Below are positions 9,882-18,912 of a stretch of 64,000 bases of DNA, piece by piece. This DNA is from Candidatus Fermentibacteraceae bacterium. GTDB lineage: Bacteria > Fermentibacterota > Fermentibacteria > Fermentibacterales > JCC-6. The position numbers were made by a program, and so were the translations under genes. Under the pieces are notes generated by a model, which saw only the letters and a list, made by a program, of their open reading frames with translations, did not search any database and had not been told where the DNA came from. The stretch is from positions 128,001-192,000 of the forward strand of contig JBGSZS010000018.1 of the NCBI GenBank assembly GCA_041750285.1, read 5' to 3'. Numbering within the stretch: the stretch's first letter is position 1; the number at the start of each line of letters is the position of its first letter.

Positions 9882-10544
9882 TCAGTTCGTGAGCACGAAG
9901 CGGTAGGTCAGAGAAGTCCAGACTCCCACCGGAACGCTGTTGTTCCGGGCAGGGGTCCACCTTGTGTTGCGCGCGGCGCTGATGGCGGCCTGGTCAAGGC
10001 TGCCGACGCCGCTGGAGTTGTAGAGCTGGACATCCGCAACCGTGCCGTCAGCCCTGATGTAAAGCCAGAGTGTCACGTTTCCCTCTACGCCGGCCTGTCT
10101 TGCCATGTCGGGGTAGGCGGGCATGGGCTGGTAGGTGCACACCGGGAAAACCTCGACCGGCATGAACCTGGGGGGGCCCATCTCGTCACCCTGCTGCGTG
10201 AGCTCTTCCGTCTGCTGGAAGGTCGAGACCTCGCTGAGACCCTCGGTGTCTTCGCTGAGGGACAGGGTGACCTCGATCTCCTGAATGACCTCGAGTGCTT
10301 CCTCCTCGAGCGCTTCGCTCTCCTCCTGCACTTCCTCTTCCTGCTCCTCGACCTCGTCATCGAAGGCGAGGTCGGCCTCGACGGCTTCCATCTCGCTGTC
10401 GGAGGTGCGCGTGGAGAGGCGCCCAAGTTCACTCGAGGGAATGAGCTCGAACATGACGATCAGAGCCATGAGGCCGAAGGCAAGGCCCCATTCGATGCCC
10501 AGGGAGGACTTTTCACGAAGCTGCGTGTTGGCTTGTGTCAGCAT
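9882..10544 (-). CDS. tonB: TonB family energy transducer
   Basis: N-terminal TM helix, Glu-rich spacer, C-domain PAYPDMARQAGVEGNVTL...LDQAAISAARNTRWTPA. Confidence 0.9.
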   Translation of the reverse strand: MLTQANTQLREKSSLGIEWGLAFGLMALIVMFELIPSSELGRLSTRTSDSEMEAVEADLAFDDEVEEQEEEVQEESEALEEEALEVIQEIEVTLSLSEDTEGLSEVSTFQQTEELTQQGDEMGPPRFMPVEVFPVCTYQPMPAYPDMARQAGVEGNVTLWLYIRADGTVADVQLYNSSGVGSLDQAAISAARNTRWTPARNNSVPVGVWTSLTYRFVLTN

Positions 10545-10554
10545 TCCCCTCCCC

Positions 10555-11019
10555 TCACAGCCCGAGGCCCAGCTCTTCAGCATTGAACTGAATGCTGTAG
10601 AGCTCCTCGAACCGAAGTGCGTTGAAAAGACCGATGATGTCGCTCATGGGAACTCTGGCATCGGCGTTGAGCACTATGACGTCGAGTCTTTTGTTCTGCT
10701 CGCGCCAGAACTTGTCGCTGAGCCTCTTCAACTGCTCGGCAACCTGGTTCAGCGGAAGGTCGTAATCGCCTATGCGGGCTACGACCGGGCTTCCAGCTTC
10801 GCCGGGGGTCACCTGTTTGAGCCAGACCGCCACCATGAGGTTCTGCTTCCCGAGCTCGCTCATGACCTCGGGGTGGGCCTGGGGGAAGCGGATGCGAAGG
10901 CCCCCCTCATCCTTGAAAATGGTGGTGGCCATGAAGAACACCAGCAGAAGGAAGACGATGTCGGCCATGGTGCCGGTGAAAATCGTGCCGGATACCCTGA
11001 TCCGCCTTTTGACCTTCAT
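10555..11019 (-). CDS. exbD: ExbD/TolR biopolymer transport protein
   Basis: TM helix MADIVFLLLVFFMATTIF with the conserved Asp; LNADARVP motif. Confidence 0.9.
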   Translation of the reverse strand: MKVKRRIRVSGTIFTGTMADIVFLLLVFFMATTIFKDEGGLRIRFPQAHPEVMSELGKQNLMVAVWLKQVTPGEAGSPVVARIGDYDLPLNQVAEQLKRLSDKFWREQNKRLDVIVLNADARVPMSDIIGLFNALRFEELYSIQFNAEELGLGL

Positions 11020-11765
11020 TATGCACCACCCCCCAGTCTTTCCTGTGTCGTGATGCCGGTGCGGCTGACGCCGTTGCGCCTGAGGGTGTCGAGCGCTCTG
11101 ATCATGCCGTTGTAGTCACAGTCAGGAAAGAACTTGAGTATGACGACGAGTTCGCTCTCCCGTACCACCGAGGCGATGTCGCCCTGCCTGGCATCGGCAA
11201 GGACGAGAGTGTCGCCGAAGGCGACCTCGCCGAACAGGGGGTCGGAAGAGACGGGTACAGAGGCGCCAAGGGTCCGGCGGATTACCCCCTCCCGGAGCAC
11301 GGGAGTGAGGTTTTCCGCGGAGACGGCCGAGGTGAGGCTTGCGTAGGTGCCTGCGGCAACTCCCTTGGCCACTTCGAGATTCACAAGAAGGCGCCTGCTG
11401 GTGGCTGACATGGCTTCCACCCTGTCAGCGGCCAGTGTCATGATCCCGTCCTGCAAACCGGGATCGTCCAGACTTACATCCTCGCCGGCCCTGGCCCTCT
11501 GGAGGGGACCTTCGGGGGGGGCCTGGTCGATAAGTGCCACATACTCGTCCTGACCCCACTGCTTGATGGTCATCACGAGCCTGTTGTTCTCGTCGATCAC
11601 CACTTCTTCGGTCTGCTCATCGGGTTTTTTGGGCAGCTTGTAGCTGATGCCCCTCTGAACCTCGAAGGTGGTCGTGACAAGGAAGAAGATCAGCAGCAGG
11701 AACGCAATATCGGACATGGAGGCATCTGGGATGGCTCCTGTTGCCCGGGGTCTTTCCTTGCGCAT
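11019..11765 (-). CDS. exbD: ExbD/TolR family protein with a large periplasmic insertion
   Basis: IPDASMSDIAFLLLIFFLVTTTF; C-terminal VVILKFFPDCDYNGMIRALDTL; 248 aa. Confidence 0.85.
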   Translation of the reverse strand: MRKERPRATGAIPDASMSDIAFLLLIFFLVTTTFEVQRGISYKLPKKPDEQTEEVVIDENNRLVMTIKQWGQDEYVALIDQAPPEGPLQRARAGEDVSLDDPGLQDGIMTLAADRVEAMSATSRRLLVNLEVAKGVAAGTYASLTSAVSAENLTPVLREGVIRRTLGASVPVSSDPLFGEVAFGDTLVLADARQGDIASVVRESELVVILKFFPDCDYNGMIRALDTLRRNGVSRTGITTQERLGGGA

Positions 11766-11779
11766 GCGTTCTCCTTAAC

Positions 11780-12610
11780 CTACAGCTGCTTGAGATGCTC
11801 CATATCGGCCAGCTGGTCGACAAGGAACATGCTGGCTTCTTCCATGTCCGTTACGAAACCGCCGATCCTGGCGATGAAGTAGTTGTTGGCCATCTGGATG
11901 GGGATGGCAATGATAAGCCCGGCCGCGGTGGTGATGAGGGCTTCCTGGATACCACCGGCTACAAGGCTCGCCTCAACGTTCTTCGCCGCCGCGATCTCAG
12001 CGAAGGCCCTGATCATGCCCGACACGGTTCCGAGGAACCCGAGCATGGGGGCGATGCTGGAGACGGATGCAAGCACCACAAGGCCCTTTTCGAGGTAGGC
12101 CATCTCGATGCTGCCGGAGCTTTCGATGGCTTTCTCGACATCTTCCAGGCCCTTGTCCCGACGGAGCAGACCGGCCCTGAGAATTGCGGCTACGGGGCCG
12201 CGGGTTCTGTCGCAGAGGTTTTCGGCGCCCTGGAGGTCACCCTTGCGGATGTAACCGCCGAGCTGCTCAAGCAGTTTTGCCACGTTCTGACGGGCCTTGC
12301 CGTAGGTGACGAACCTCTCGATGGTCACCGCTATGCCGAGAAGAAGGGACAGAAGAAGTGGCCACATGAAGGCTCCGCCGGCGATGAAGAGGTCTTTGAG
12401 GTCCATGCTGGCGCTCTGCTGCCTGGGCACTTCTTCCTCGGCGGGAGCGGCGTCGGTGGTTTCGGCGGGAGGTTCAGCTACGGGAGCTTCCTCTTCGACG
12501 ACCTCTGCCTCCTCGGTGGTTTCCTCGACTGGTTCGGGCTCTCCCTGCGTCGCCTGCGCGAAAGCCAGGGGCGCCAGAAGCAGCAGGAGAACCATCAGGA
12601 TATTTCGCAT
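11780..12610 (-). CDS. exbB: MotA/TolQ/ExbB proton channel with signal peptide and acidic N-terminal linker
   Basis: GGAFMWPLL...ERF; APMLGFLGTVSGMIRAF; VAGGIQEALITTAAGLIIAIP. Confidence 0.92.
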   Translation of the reverse strand: MRNILMVLLLLLAPLAFAQATQGEPEPVEETTEEAEVVEEEAPVAEPPAETTDAAPAEEEVPRQQSASMDLKDLFIAGGAFMWPLLLSLLLGIAVTIERFVTYGKARQNVAKLLEQLGGYIRKGDLQGAENLCDRTRGPVAAILRAGLLRRDKGLEDVEKAIESSGSIEMAYLEKGLVVLASVSSIAPMLGFLGTVSGMIRAFAEIAAAKNVEASLVAGGIQEALITTAAGLIIAIPIQMANNYFIARIGGFVTDMEEASMFLVDQLADMEHLKQL

Positions 12611-12631
12611 ATGCAGTCTCTCCCGGGTTGT

Positions 12632-12655
12632 GGACGGGCCCTTCCGGGCCCGTCC
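12632..12655. other. Intergenic hairpin after the TBDR gene
   Basis: GGACGGGCCC-TTCC-GGGCCCGTCC, perfect 10-bp stem, no U-tract on the minus strand. Confidence 0.55.
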
Positions 12656-12664
12656 CATGGTGTT

Positions 12665-15433
12665 TTACCACTCGAACTCAAGGCCGAAGCGGAGCTGGCG
12701 CCTTGCGTCGTAGGCATCAGGGGTTCCGTAGGAGCCCCTGGGGTCGTGATCGGGGAAGCCGTCGCCGTCCTGGTCGGCATCGTACCAGGCTTCATCGATG
12801 ATCCGGGCCACGTTGGTCCTGTCGAACAGGTTCTTCACCCACACGCTGAGGTCGACGGACGTGGCGCCGATCCACCAGGTCTTGTTCACCTTGAGGTCGG
12901 TCGTTTCGGTCCAGGGCATGCGGCGGCCGTTGATCTCGGGGTCGGCCGTTCCCTGGGCACTTGCGGTGTAGGGGTATCCGCTGCCGTAACCGAACTGGAT
13001 GGTGGCGCCGAAGCCCTCGAGCCAGTGGTTGGCTCCCCACAGCGGGCCCTCGCCCCTGGGGATGCGGAAGTCGAAGCTGGCGTTGACACTGTGGCGCTGG
13101 TCCCAGTTCAGCGGGCTCTCGCGGCGGGGGATGACCCAGCCCGCCCAGTTGTAGGTGTAGTTCTGCGTGGCGCTGGAGCTCTTGCCCCTGGCGATGGAGT
13201 AGGTGTAGTTGGCGTTGAAGCTGATGAAGTTGGAGGGCCTTCTCTGAAGTGAGAACTCGGCGCCCCTGACGCTTCCGTAGTCGGCGTTGATGAACAGGTC
13301 GTAGGCGTCGACCGCGCTGAAGAAGTTCTTCTGCATGTCGGTGAGGCCGGTGATGTCCTTGTAGAAGCCGGTGACATCCAGAAGGGTGATGTCGTCGAAC
13401 TGGTGCTTGACGCCCATCTCGTAGGCGATGGTCTCTTCAGGGGCGAGGTCGGGGTTGCCAATGATGGGGAAGGCCCCGGTGAGGTCGAAGTTGGAACCAT
13501 CGTAGAGGTTGGCGAGCTGGGGAACCTGGAAGTAGTGGCCGTAGGTGAAGTGGAGAACGTCGCGCTCGGTTATGGGGTGGCTGAAGCCGACCCTGGGGCT
13601 GAGGTGGTACTTCGCGCTGACGCTGACCGGGTTGCGGATGTAGTCGGGGTCGCCCGGTTCGGCATCGGGGTTCACGGGGTCGGTGAGGTCGGCCGGGTAG
13701 TCGTCGAAGTTGGGATCGAAGTAGTCGAAGCGCACGCCGGCGTTCACGATCATGCCCCTGAACTCCATCTTGTCCTGCGCGTAGGCCGCGAACTGGTGCG
13801 GGAAGTGATGGTAGTAGGAGCTGTAGATGTTTCCGCCGCTTGCGGTGTCGATGTCGTAGTTGAAGACGTCGTAGTAGTTGCCCTCGATGCCGAACTTCAG
13901 CTGGTGCTGCTGGTTGACCTGGCTTGTGAGGTCAACCCTGGCCGTGCTTGTGGTGCTGTAGCTGTCCGTCCAGGCGAACCTGGAGGCGCCGGAGCGGTAG
14001 TAGCCGTTCGAATCCTGCACCCTGGTGGGGGTGTAGGCCAGCCAGTCCTCGAGTGTCCAGTCCTCGCCGAGCCATCCGCCTTCCGGGTCGCGGATCTTGT
14101 AGGCGAACTCGTACTTGTACTGGTTGACCTTGAACTCGAGGAAGCTTGCGTCACTGAGGGTCTGGGTGAGGTTGAGGCCGTAGCTGAGGTTGGTCCAGAA
14201 CCTCGTGGGAAGTGCGTAGGCCACGGACTGCCCCATGATCGTGTCGCCGCTGCTGGGATCGATGTAGTCCTGCTCGAAAAGGTTGTAGGACCACCCGTAC
14301 TGGGGGTTGGTACTGTAGAACCCTGCTTCCTGCTCGCGGAACGTGGTCGTGAGGTTGATCTTGGTGCGTGGCGTCGGGCGGATCGTCAGTTTGCCGTTGC
14401 CCGACCAAGTGTCCTGCCAGTTCCAGTTCCTGCTTCCGTAGTTGCCGTCTTCGCCCCCGCCGGTCTGGAGCCACTCAACGCTTCCGAAGAGGCGGATGTC
14501 GCCGCCCACGTTGAGGCCCATGGCGGGAAGGAGGAGCTGGGTTATGGGCTCGGGGCCGCCGATGGAGGCTTCGGCGTTGAGCCTGGCCTCGGAGAACATG
14601 GCGGGTTTGTTGCCGGCAAATTCCTGGACTCCCTCGAAGTCGTCGCCGGCCCACCATTCGCCCGGGTGGCCCCAGGTCCAGTCGGAAGCGAGGCCGAGTG
14701 ACTGGAAGTCGTTGCCGTTCATGGAAAGCGAGCCCGAGTAGCTGCGGCCGCCCTCACGGGTGACCACGTTGATGATGCCGGACTGCGCGTTGCCGTACTC
14801 GGCGCCGAAGCCGCCCGTCATGACGGCTGTTTCGGCCACGGCGGAAAGGGGGATGCTTGCGTCGTAGACGTTCGTCTGGGGATCCATCTGAGCGACGCCG
14901 TCAACGATGTAGGCCACTTCGCCGGACCGGCCGCCACGAACGCGGAGGGTTCCGCCCTGGTTGCTGGTGCCTGCCTGCTGGCCCACGATGTCGGCCACGC
15001 CCGCGACGGGCATGGTCTTGATCTCGTCACGGCTCACAACTGAAACGCTGGCGGACTGGCTCATCGTGATCATGCCGCGCTGATCGGTAACGGTGACGAC
15101 CGTGCTTCCCACGGTCACCGGGTTGAGTGTGAGGTCAACCCTGGTGGTCATGTCCACCAGTACCGAAACGCCCTGCATGGTCTGATCGCCCATGCCCACC
15201 ATTCGCCCGATCACGTCGTACGTGCCGGGCTGGAGGTTGATGATGAAGTACTCGCCGTTCTGGTCGGTCATGGCGCCGTAGCTGGTTCCGACGATCATGA
15301 CCGTGGCCCCGATAAGGGGGGTTCCGGAGGCGTCGGTGACACGGCCGGCTATCTTGCCGGTCGTGGCGGCCATTGCGGAAACGGCCATCAACAGCACCAA
15401 CGCGAAGGAAATCGTACTCGCTCTTCTGGGCAC
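12665..15433 (-). CDS. TonB-dependent receptor with N-terminal carboxypeptidase-regulatory-like domain
   Basis: GTG 15433 after RBS AAAGGAG; signal peptide; TTGKIAGRVTD..GTPLIGATV; plug RVRGGRSGEVAYIVDG...GGFGAEYGNAQSGIINVVT; GNPDLAPEETIAYEMG; terminal LRFGLEFEW. Confidence 0.93.
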   Translation of the reverse strand: MPRRASTISFALVLLMAVSAMAATTGKIAGRVTDASGTPLIGATVMIVGTSYGAMTDQNGEYFIINLQPGTYDVIGRMVGMGDQTMQGVSVLVDMTTRVDLTLNPVTVGSTVVTVTDQRGMITMSQSASVSVVSRDEIKTMPVAGVADIVGQQAGTSNQGGTLRVRGGRSGEVAYIVDGVAQMDPQTNVYDASIPLSAVAETAVMTGGFGAEYGNAQSGIINVVTREGGRSYSGSLSMNGNDFQSLGLASDWTWGHPGEWWAGDDFEGVQEFAGNKPAMFSEARLNAEASIGGPEPITQLLLPAMGLNVGGDIRLFGSVEWLQTGGGEDGNYGSRNWNWQDTWSGNGKLTIRPTPRTKINLTTTFREQEAGFYSTNPQYGWSYNLFEQDYIDPSSGDTIMGQSVAYALPTRFWTNLSYGLNLTQTLSDASFLEFKVNQYKYEFAYKIRDPEGGWLGEDWTLEDWLAYTPTRVQDSNGYYRSGASRFAWTDSYSTTSTARVDLTSQVNQQHQLKFGIEGNYYDVFNYDIDTASGGNIYSSYYHHFPHQFAAYAQDKMEFRGMIVNAGVRFDYFDPNFDDYPADLTDPVNPDAEPGDPDYIRNPVSVSAKYHLSPRVGFSHPITERDVLHFTYGHYFQVPQLANLYDGSNFDLTGAFPIIGNPDLAPEETIAYEMGVKHQFDDITLLDVTGFYKDITGLTDMQKNFFSAVDAYDLFINADYGSVRGAEFSLQRRPSNFISFNANYTYSIARGKSSSATQNYTYNWAGWVIPRRESPLNWDQRHSVNASFDFRIPRGEGPLWGANHWLEGFGATIQFGYGSGYPYTASAQGTADPEINGRRMPWTETTDLKVNKTWWIGATSVDLSVWVKNLFDRTNVARIIDEAWYDADQDGDGFPDHDPRGSYGTPDAYDARRQLRFGLEFEW

Positions 15434-15624
15434 CGTTGCAGCTCCTTTCAAATTAAAGGTTACCAAAACCCCTCGCCCGTTCCGAAGGTACTGAAACCAC
15501 TCCTTCCTTCCTTCGGAAAGGGCAATTACACCAACTTCACCGGGTTTCACCCGCTTCTCTATTTCAATGCCGTGCAAACCAATATGGCTGCACCTCCAAA
15601 AACGCGTGCCGCCCCTCGGAAACG

Positions 15625-15653
15625 AGAATACGAAGGGGTGAAAAGCGTGTCAA
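15625..15653 (-). promoter_or_regulatory. sigma70-type promoter of the TBDR operon
   Basis: Minus strand TTGACA-17 nt-TATTCT, implying a ~185-nt 5' leader. Confidence 0.75.
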
Positions 15654-15884
15654 GCCGTGCTCTGGAACCCCTGACAGCCCCGCGGGTAAAAGTGGTTCAC
15701 GATCCGGAATGCCATCCCGGTCTCCCGGGATGTCCGGTTCCGCTAAAAACCCCATGATCCGTGCCACCCGGCCGGAGAGCTTGACCCGGGGGCACCGCGG
15801 GGCAAGTTTTGCCACTGTGTGATATATCTCGGCATCATGGGGGAGAGACTCCCGTTTCACTCCACAGAGGACCAGGGGTTTTGC

Positions 15885-18800
15885 ATGAGCGTTGACGAAC
15901 TGGAGAGCCTGGCGGAACGAAGGGGCGCGGAACCCGTCCCCCTCGATTCCCTGATGTCCCGCAGGGTGCGGAACATACTTCTCATATCCAGCCTTTACGA
16001 TTCCTTCACCATGCAGTCCGACGGCCGGTTCACCGAGGTGCTCTTCACCGAGTACCTGAAGCTCAACCTCAGCTACGCCCCTTCCGTCGTGAGGGTTTCG
16101 ACGCTCGAGGCCGCGACCGAAAGCCTTTCTTCGGAACGGTTCGACCTGGTGATCTCCATGCTGCGCGTTGGCTCCATGACGGCCGACAGAATGGCAAGAA
16201 CGTTGAAGGCCCGCCACCCGGGTATCCCCTTCGTCGTGCTCGCCCACAACCCCCGCGACTACGAAGAGTTCCGTGACGCGGGGCTTCTCGAGGAGGTTGA
16301 CTACAGCTTCATCTGGCAGGGCGACGCCCGGCTGTTCCTCGCCGTGGTGAAGCTGATCGAGGACAGGCAGAACGCCCGCCGCGACGCCGAACTCGCGGGG
16401 GTCAAGAGCATCCTTCTCGTCGAGGATTCGCCCCGCTTCACATCATCCTACCTTCCCATGCTCTACAGCGAGATAATGAAACAGACCCAGTCCCTGATGA
16501 CCGAGGGCGTGAACAGGATGCAGAAGCTCCTTCGCATGCGGGCACGTCCCAAGATCCTTCTGGCGGACAGCTTCGAAAAGGCGCTGGAGACCATCGACGA
16601 CTTCCGCAACAACCTGCTCGGAGCCATTCTGGACTGCCGGTTCCCCCGGAACGGGCAGGAAGATGCGCTGGCCGGTTTCAAACTGGCCGAACTCATGCGT
16701 GAAAAGCTGCCGGAATGCCCGCTGCTCTTCCAGTCATCAGAAACCGTGAACAGGGCAAGGGCTCACGCCCTTGGCGCGGCGTTCATAGACAAGAACTCCC
16801 CAACCCTTCTCACCGAGGTTGTCGACTTCCTTCAGGACTACCTCGGGTTCGGCGATTTCAGGTTCACGGGAAGTGACGGACGCACTGAAGCCGTCGCCGC
16901 CGACCTCAGGGGGCTGGAACGGGCCGTGCGGCAGGTGTCCGACGAGTCGCTTCTCCGCCACGCGGAGCGCGACGACTTCTCGACCTGGCTCATGGCCAGG
17001 ACCGAGTTCGACCTTGCCCGGAGGCTCAGGCCCAGAAAGGTTCAGGAGTTCCCGACACCCGCGGAGCTGAGGCATTACCTTGCCGAGACCCTCAGGGACT
17101 GGAGGCTGGGATTCCGTACCGGGGAGGTCGAGGAGTGGCACGGCGAGACCTTCAACGAGGACACCGACTTCGTAAGGATAGGCGGGGGTTCGCTGGGGGG
17201 CAAGGGAAGGGGGCTCGCCTTCATCCACTACCTTCTGGGAAGGTACCGCATCGGCGACCGTTTCCCGGGGCTTTCAATCTTCGTCCCGCCAACCATAGTG
17301 ATAGGAACGGACTGCTTCGACCGTTTCATGGAGGGGATCTCCACTGGGCCCGTCGACCTTTACTCGCTGAAACCCGACCAGGACTCCCGTGAGCGTGACT
17401 CCGCGATCCGCGGCATCTTCCACGAAGCGGAGCTGCCCGTCCAGGTCGTGGAATCGCTGGGGCTCTTCCTGAAACAGGTCCGCTACCCGCTGGCGGTCCG
17501 GTCGTCCAGCCTTCTTGAGGATTCCGCAGCCGAGCCGTTCGCGGGCGTGTACGACACGTTCATGCTGCCCAACTCCCACCCAGACCCGTCGGTCCGGCTT
17601 CGGGAGCTGTGCGGGGCCGTCCGGATGGTCTACGCGTCGATGTTCAGATCCGACTCGCTGGGATACATGGAGTTCACGCCGCACAGGCTCGAGGAGGAGA
17701 AGATGGCGGTGGTGATCCAGCAGGTTGTTGGCGGTGAGCACGACGGATACCTCTACCCCGATGTGTCCGGGGTGGCGAAGTCCTGGAATTTCTACCCTGT
17801 GAAGGGCATGGAGGCAGCCGACGGCGTGGTGAGCGCTGCCCTGGGCTTCGGAAGGACGGTCGTCGACGGCGAGAAATGCGTGAGGTTCAATCCCCGCAAA
17901 CCCGGGGTCCTCTACCAGTTCTCCTCCACCCGCGCCTTTCTCGAGAACTCCCAGCGCGATTTCTTCGCCCTCTCCCTCGAGGGCCCCTCCCCAAGCGCCG
18001 AGTACGGGCTTGAAAAGCTTCCGGTCGAGGCCGCCGGTGAGCACGGCGTCCTCTCGGACCTGGCATCGGTGTACTCCCCGCAGAACGACATGATTTACGA
18101 CGGCATTTTCAGGGAGGGCCCAAGGATCATCACGCTGGCGGGGCTGCTGAAGTCCGAGACGTTCCCTTTCGCCGAAGCCCTGGGCTTCCTGCTGTCCGTC
18201 GGCGGAACGGCATTCTCCACCGACATCGAGTTCGAATTCGCCCTTTCCCTGAAACGCACTGGCGGAAAACTCACGGGAGAACTGGGTTTTCTGCAGATAA
18301 GGCCCATGGGGTACGATCCAGGCGATGCGGCGCCGGTTGCGCTAGAGGAACAGAGGGCCTTCTGCGTCTGCGAGAGCGTACTTGGGATCGGCGTGATACG
18401 GGGCATCCGCGACGTCATCCTGGTTCCGTCGGAAGGTTTTGACAGGGGCAACACCCGAAAGGCGGCCCTTCACATCGAGCGCATCAACAGGCGCCTCTCT
18501 GCCGAGGGGCGCAAGTGCATCCTGATAGGCCCGGGCCGCTGGGGCAGCGCAGACCACTGGCTGGGGATCCCCGTGGGCTGGAGGCAGATCTCCACGGCCC
18601 GCTGCATGGTGGAGGTGCCCTTCGGCGACATGGACGTAACCCCTTCGCAGGGAACCCACTTCTTTCACAATATCACGTCGCTCGGAATCGGATACTTCAC
18701 CATCACCCACTCCCCTCCATCGAGGCTCGACGAGGGCTGGCTTCTGGGCCTCCCCGCCGAGGAGGACACGGGCCTCGTGAGGCACATAAGGTTCGGCGGG

Positions 18801-18890
18801 CCCCTTACGGTCAGAATGGACGCAAGGGCCGCAAGGGGAGTGATACTGAGACCGGACGGGATGGAGGGTCCGGGAGACGCCGCCGGCTGA
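15885..18890 (+). CDS. Receiver-like domains fused to a PEP synthase/pyruvate-phosphate dikinase N-terminal ATP-grasp domain
   Basis: ILLISSLYDSF, ILLVEDSPRF, GAILDCRFP receiver-like segments; GSLGGKGRGLAF; PLAVRSSSLLEDS..PFAGVY; GFGRTVVDG; FLQIRPM; SQGTHFFHN. Confidence 0.85.
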   Translation: MSVDELESLAERRGAEPVPLDSLMSRRVRNILLISSLYDSFTMQSDGRFTEVLFTEYLKLNLSYAPSVVRVSTLEAATESLSSERFDLVISMLRVGSMTADRMARTLKARHPGIPFVVLAHNPRDYEEFRDAGLLEEVDYSFIWQGDARLFLAVVKLIEDRQNARRDAELAGVKSILLVEDSPRFTSSYLPMLYSEIMKQTQSLMTEGVNRMQKLLRMRARPKILLADSFEKALETIDDFRNNLLGAILDCRFPRNGQEDALAGFKLAELMREKLPECPLLFQSSETVNRARAHALGAAFIDKNSPTLLTEVVDFLQDYLGFGDFRFTGSDGRTEAVAADLRGLERAVRQVSDESLLRHAERDDFSTWLMARTEFDLARRLRPRKVQEFPTPAELRHYLAETLRDWRLGFRTGEVEEWHGETFNEDTDFVRIGGGSLGGKGRGLAFIHYLLGRYRIGDRFPGLSIFVPPTIVIGTDCFDRFMEGISTGPVDLYSLKPDQDSRERDSAIRGIFHEAELPVQVVESLGLFLKQVRYPLAVRSSSLLEDSAAEPFAGVYDTFMLPNSHPDPSVRLRELCGAVRMVYASMFRSDSLGYMEFTPHRLEEEKMAVVIQQVVGGEHDGYLYPDVSGVAKSWNFYPVKGMEAADGVVSAALGFGRTVVDGEKCVRFNPRKPGVLYQFSSTRAFLENSQRDFFALSLEGPSPSAEYGLEKLPVEAAGEHGVLSDLASVYSPQNDMIYDGIFREGPRIITLAGLLKSETFPFAEALGFLLSVGGTAFSTDIEFEFALSLKRTGGKLTGELGFLQIRPMGYDPGDAAPVALEEQRAFCVCESVLGIGVIRGIRDVILVPSEGFDRGNTRKAALHIERINRRLSAEGRKCILIGPGRWGSADHWLGIPVGWRQISTARCMVEVPFGDMDVTPSQGTHFFHNITSLGIGYFTITHSPPSRLDEGWLLGLPAEEDTGLVRHIRFGGPLTVRMDARAARGVILRPDGMEGPGDAAG

Positions 18891-18912
18891 CGGCGCCTCC
18901 ACGGAAAAATGC

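Noticed and set aside
15434..15620. Cobalamin riboswitch before the TBDR
   Set aside because: Only a loose 5' resemblance; the conserved core and B12 box are missing. Kept only as an unknown structured leader.
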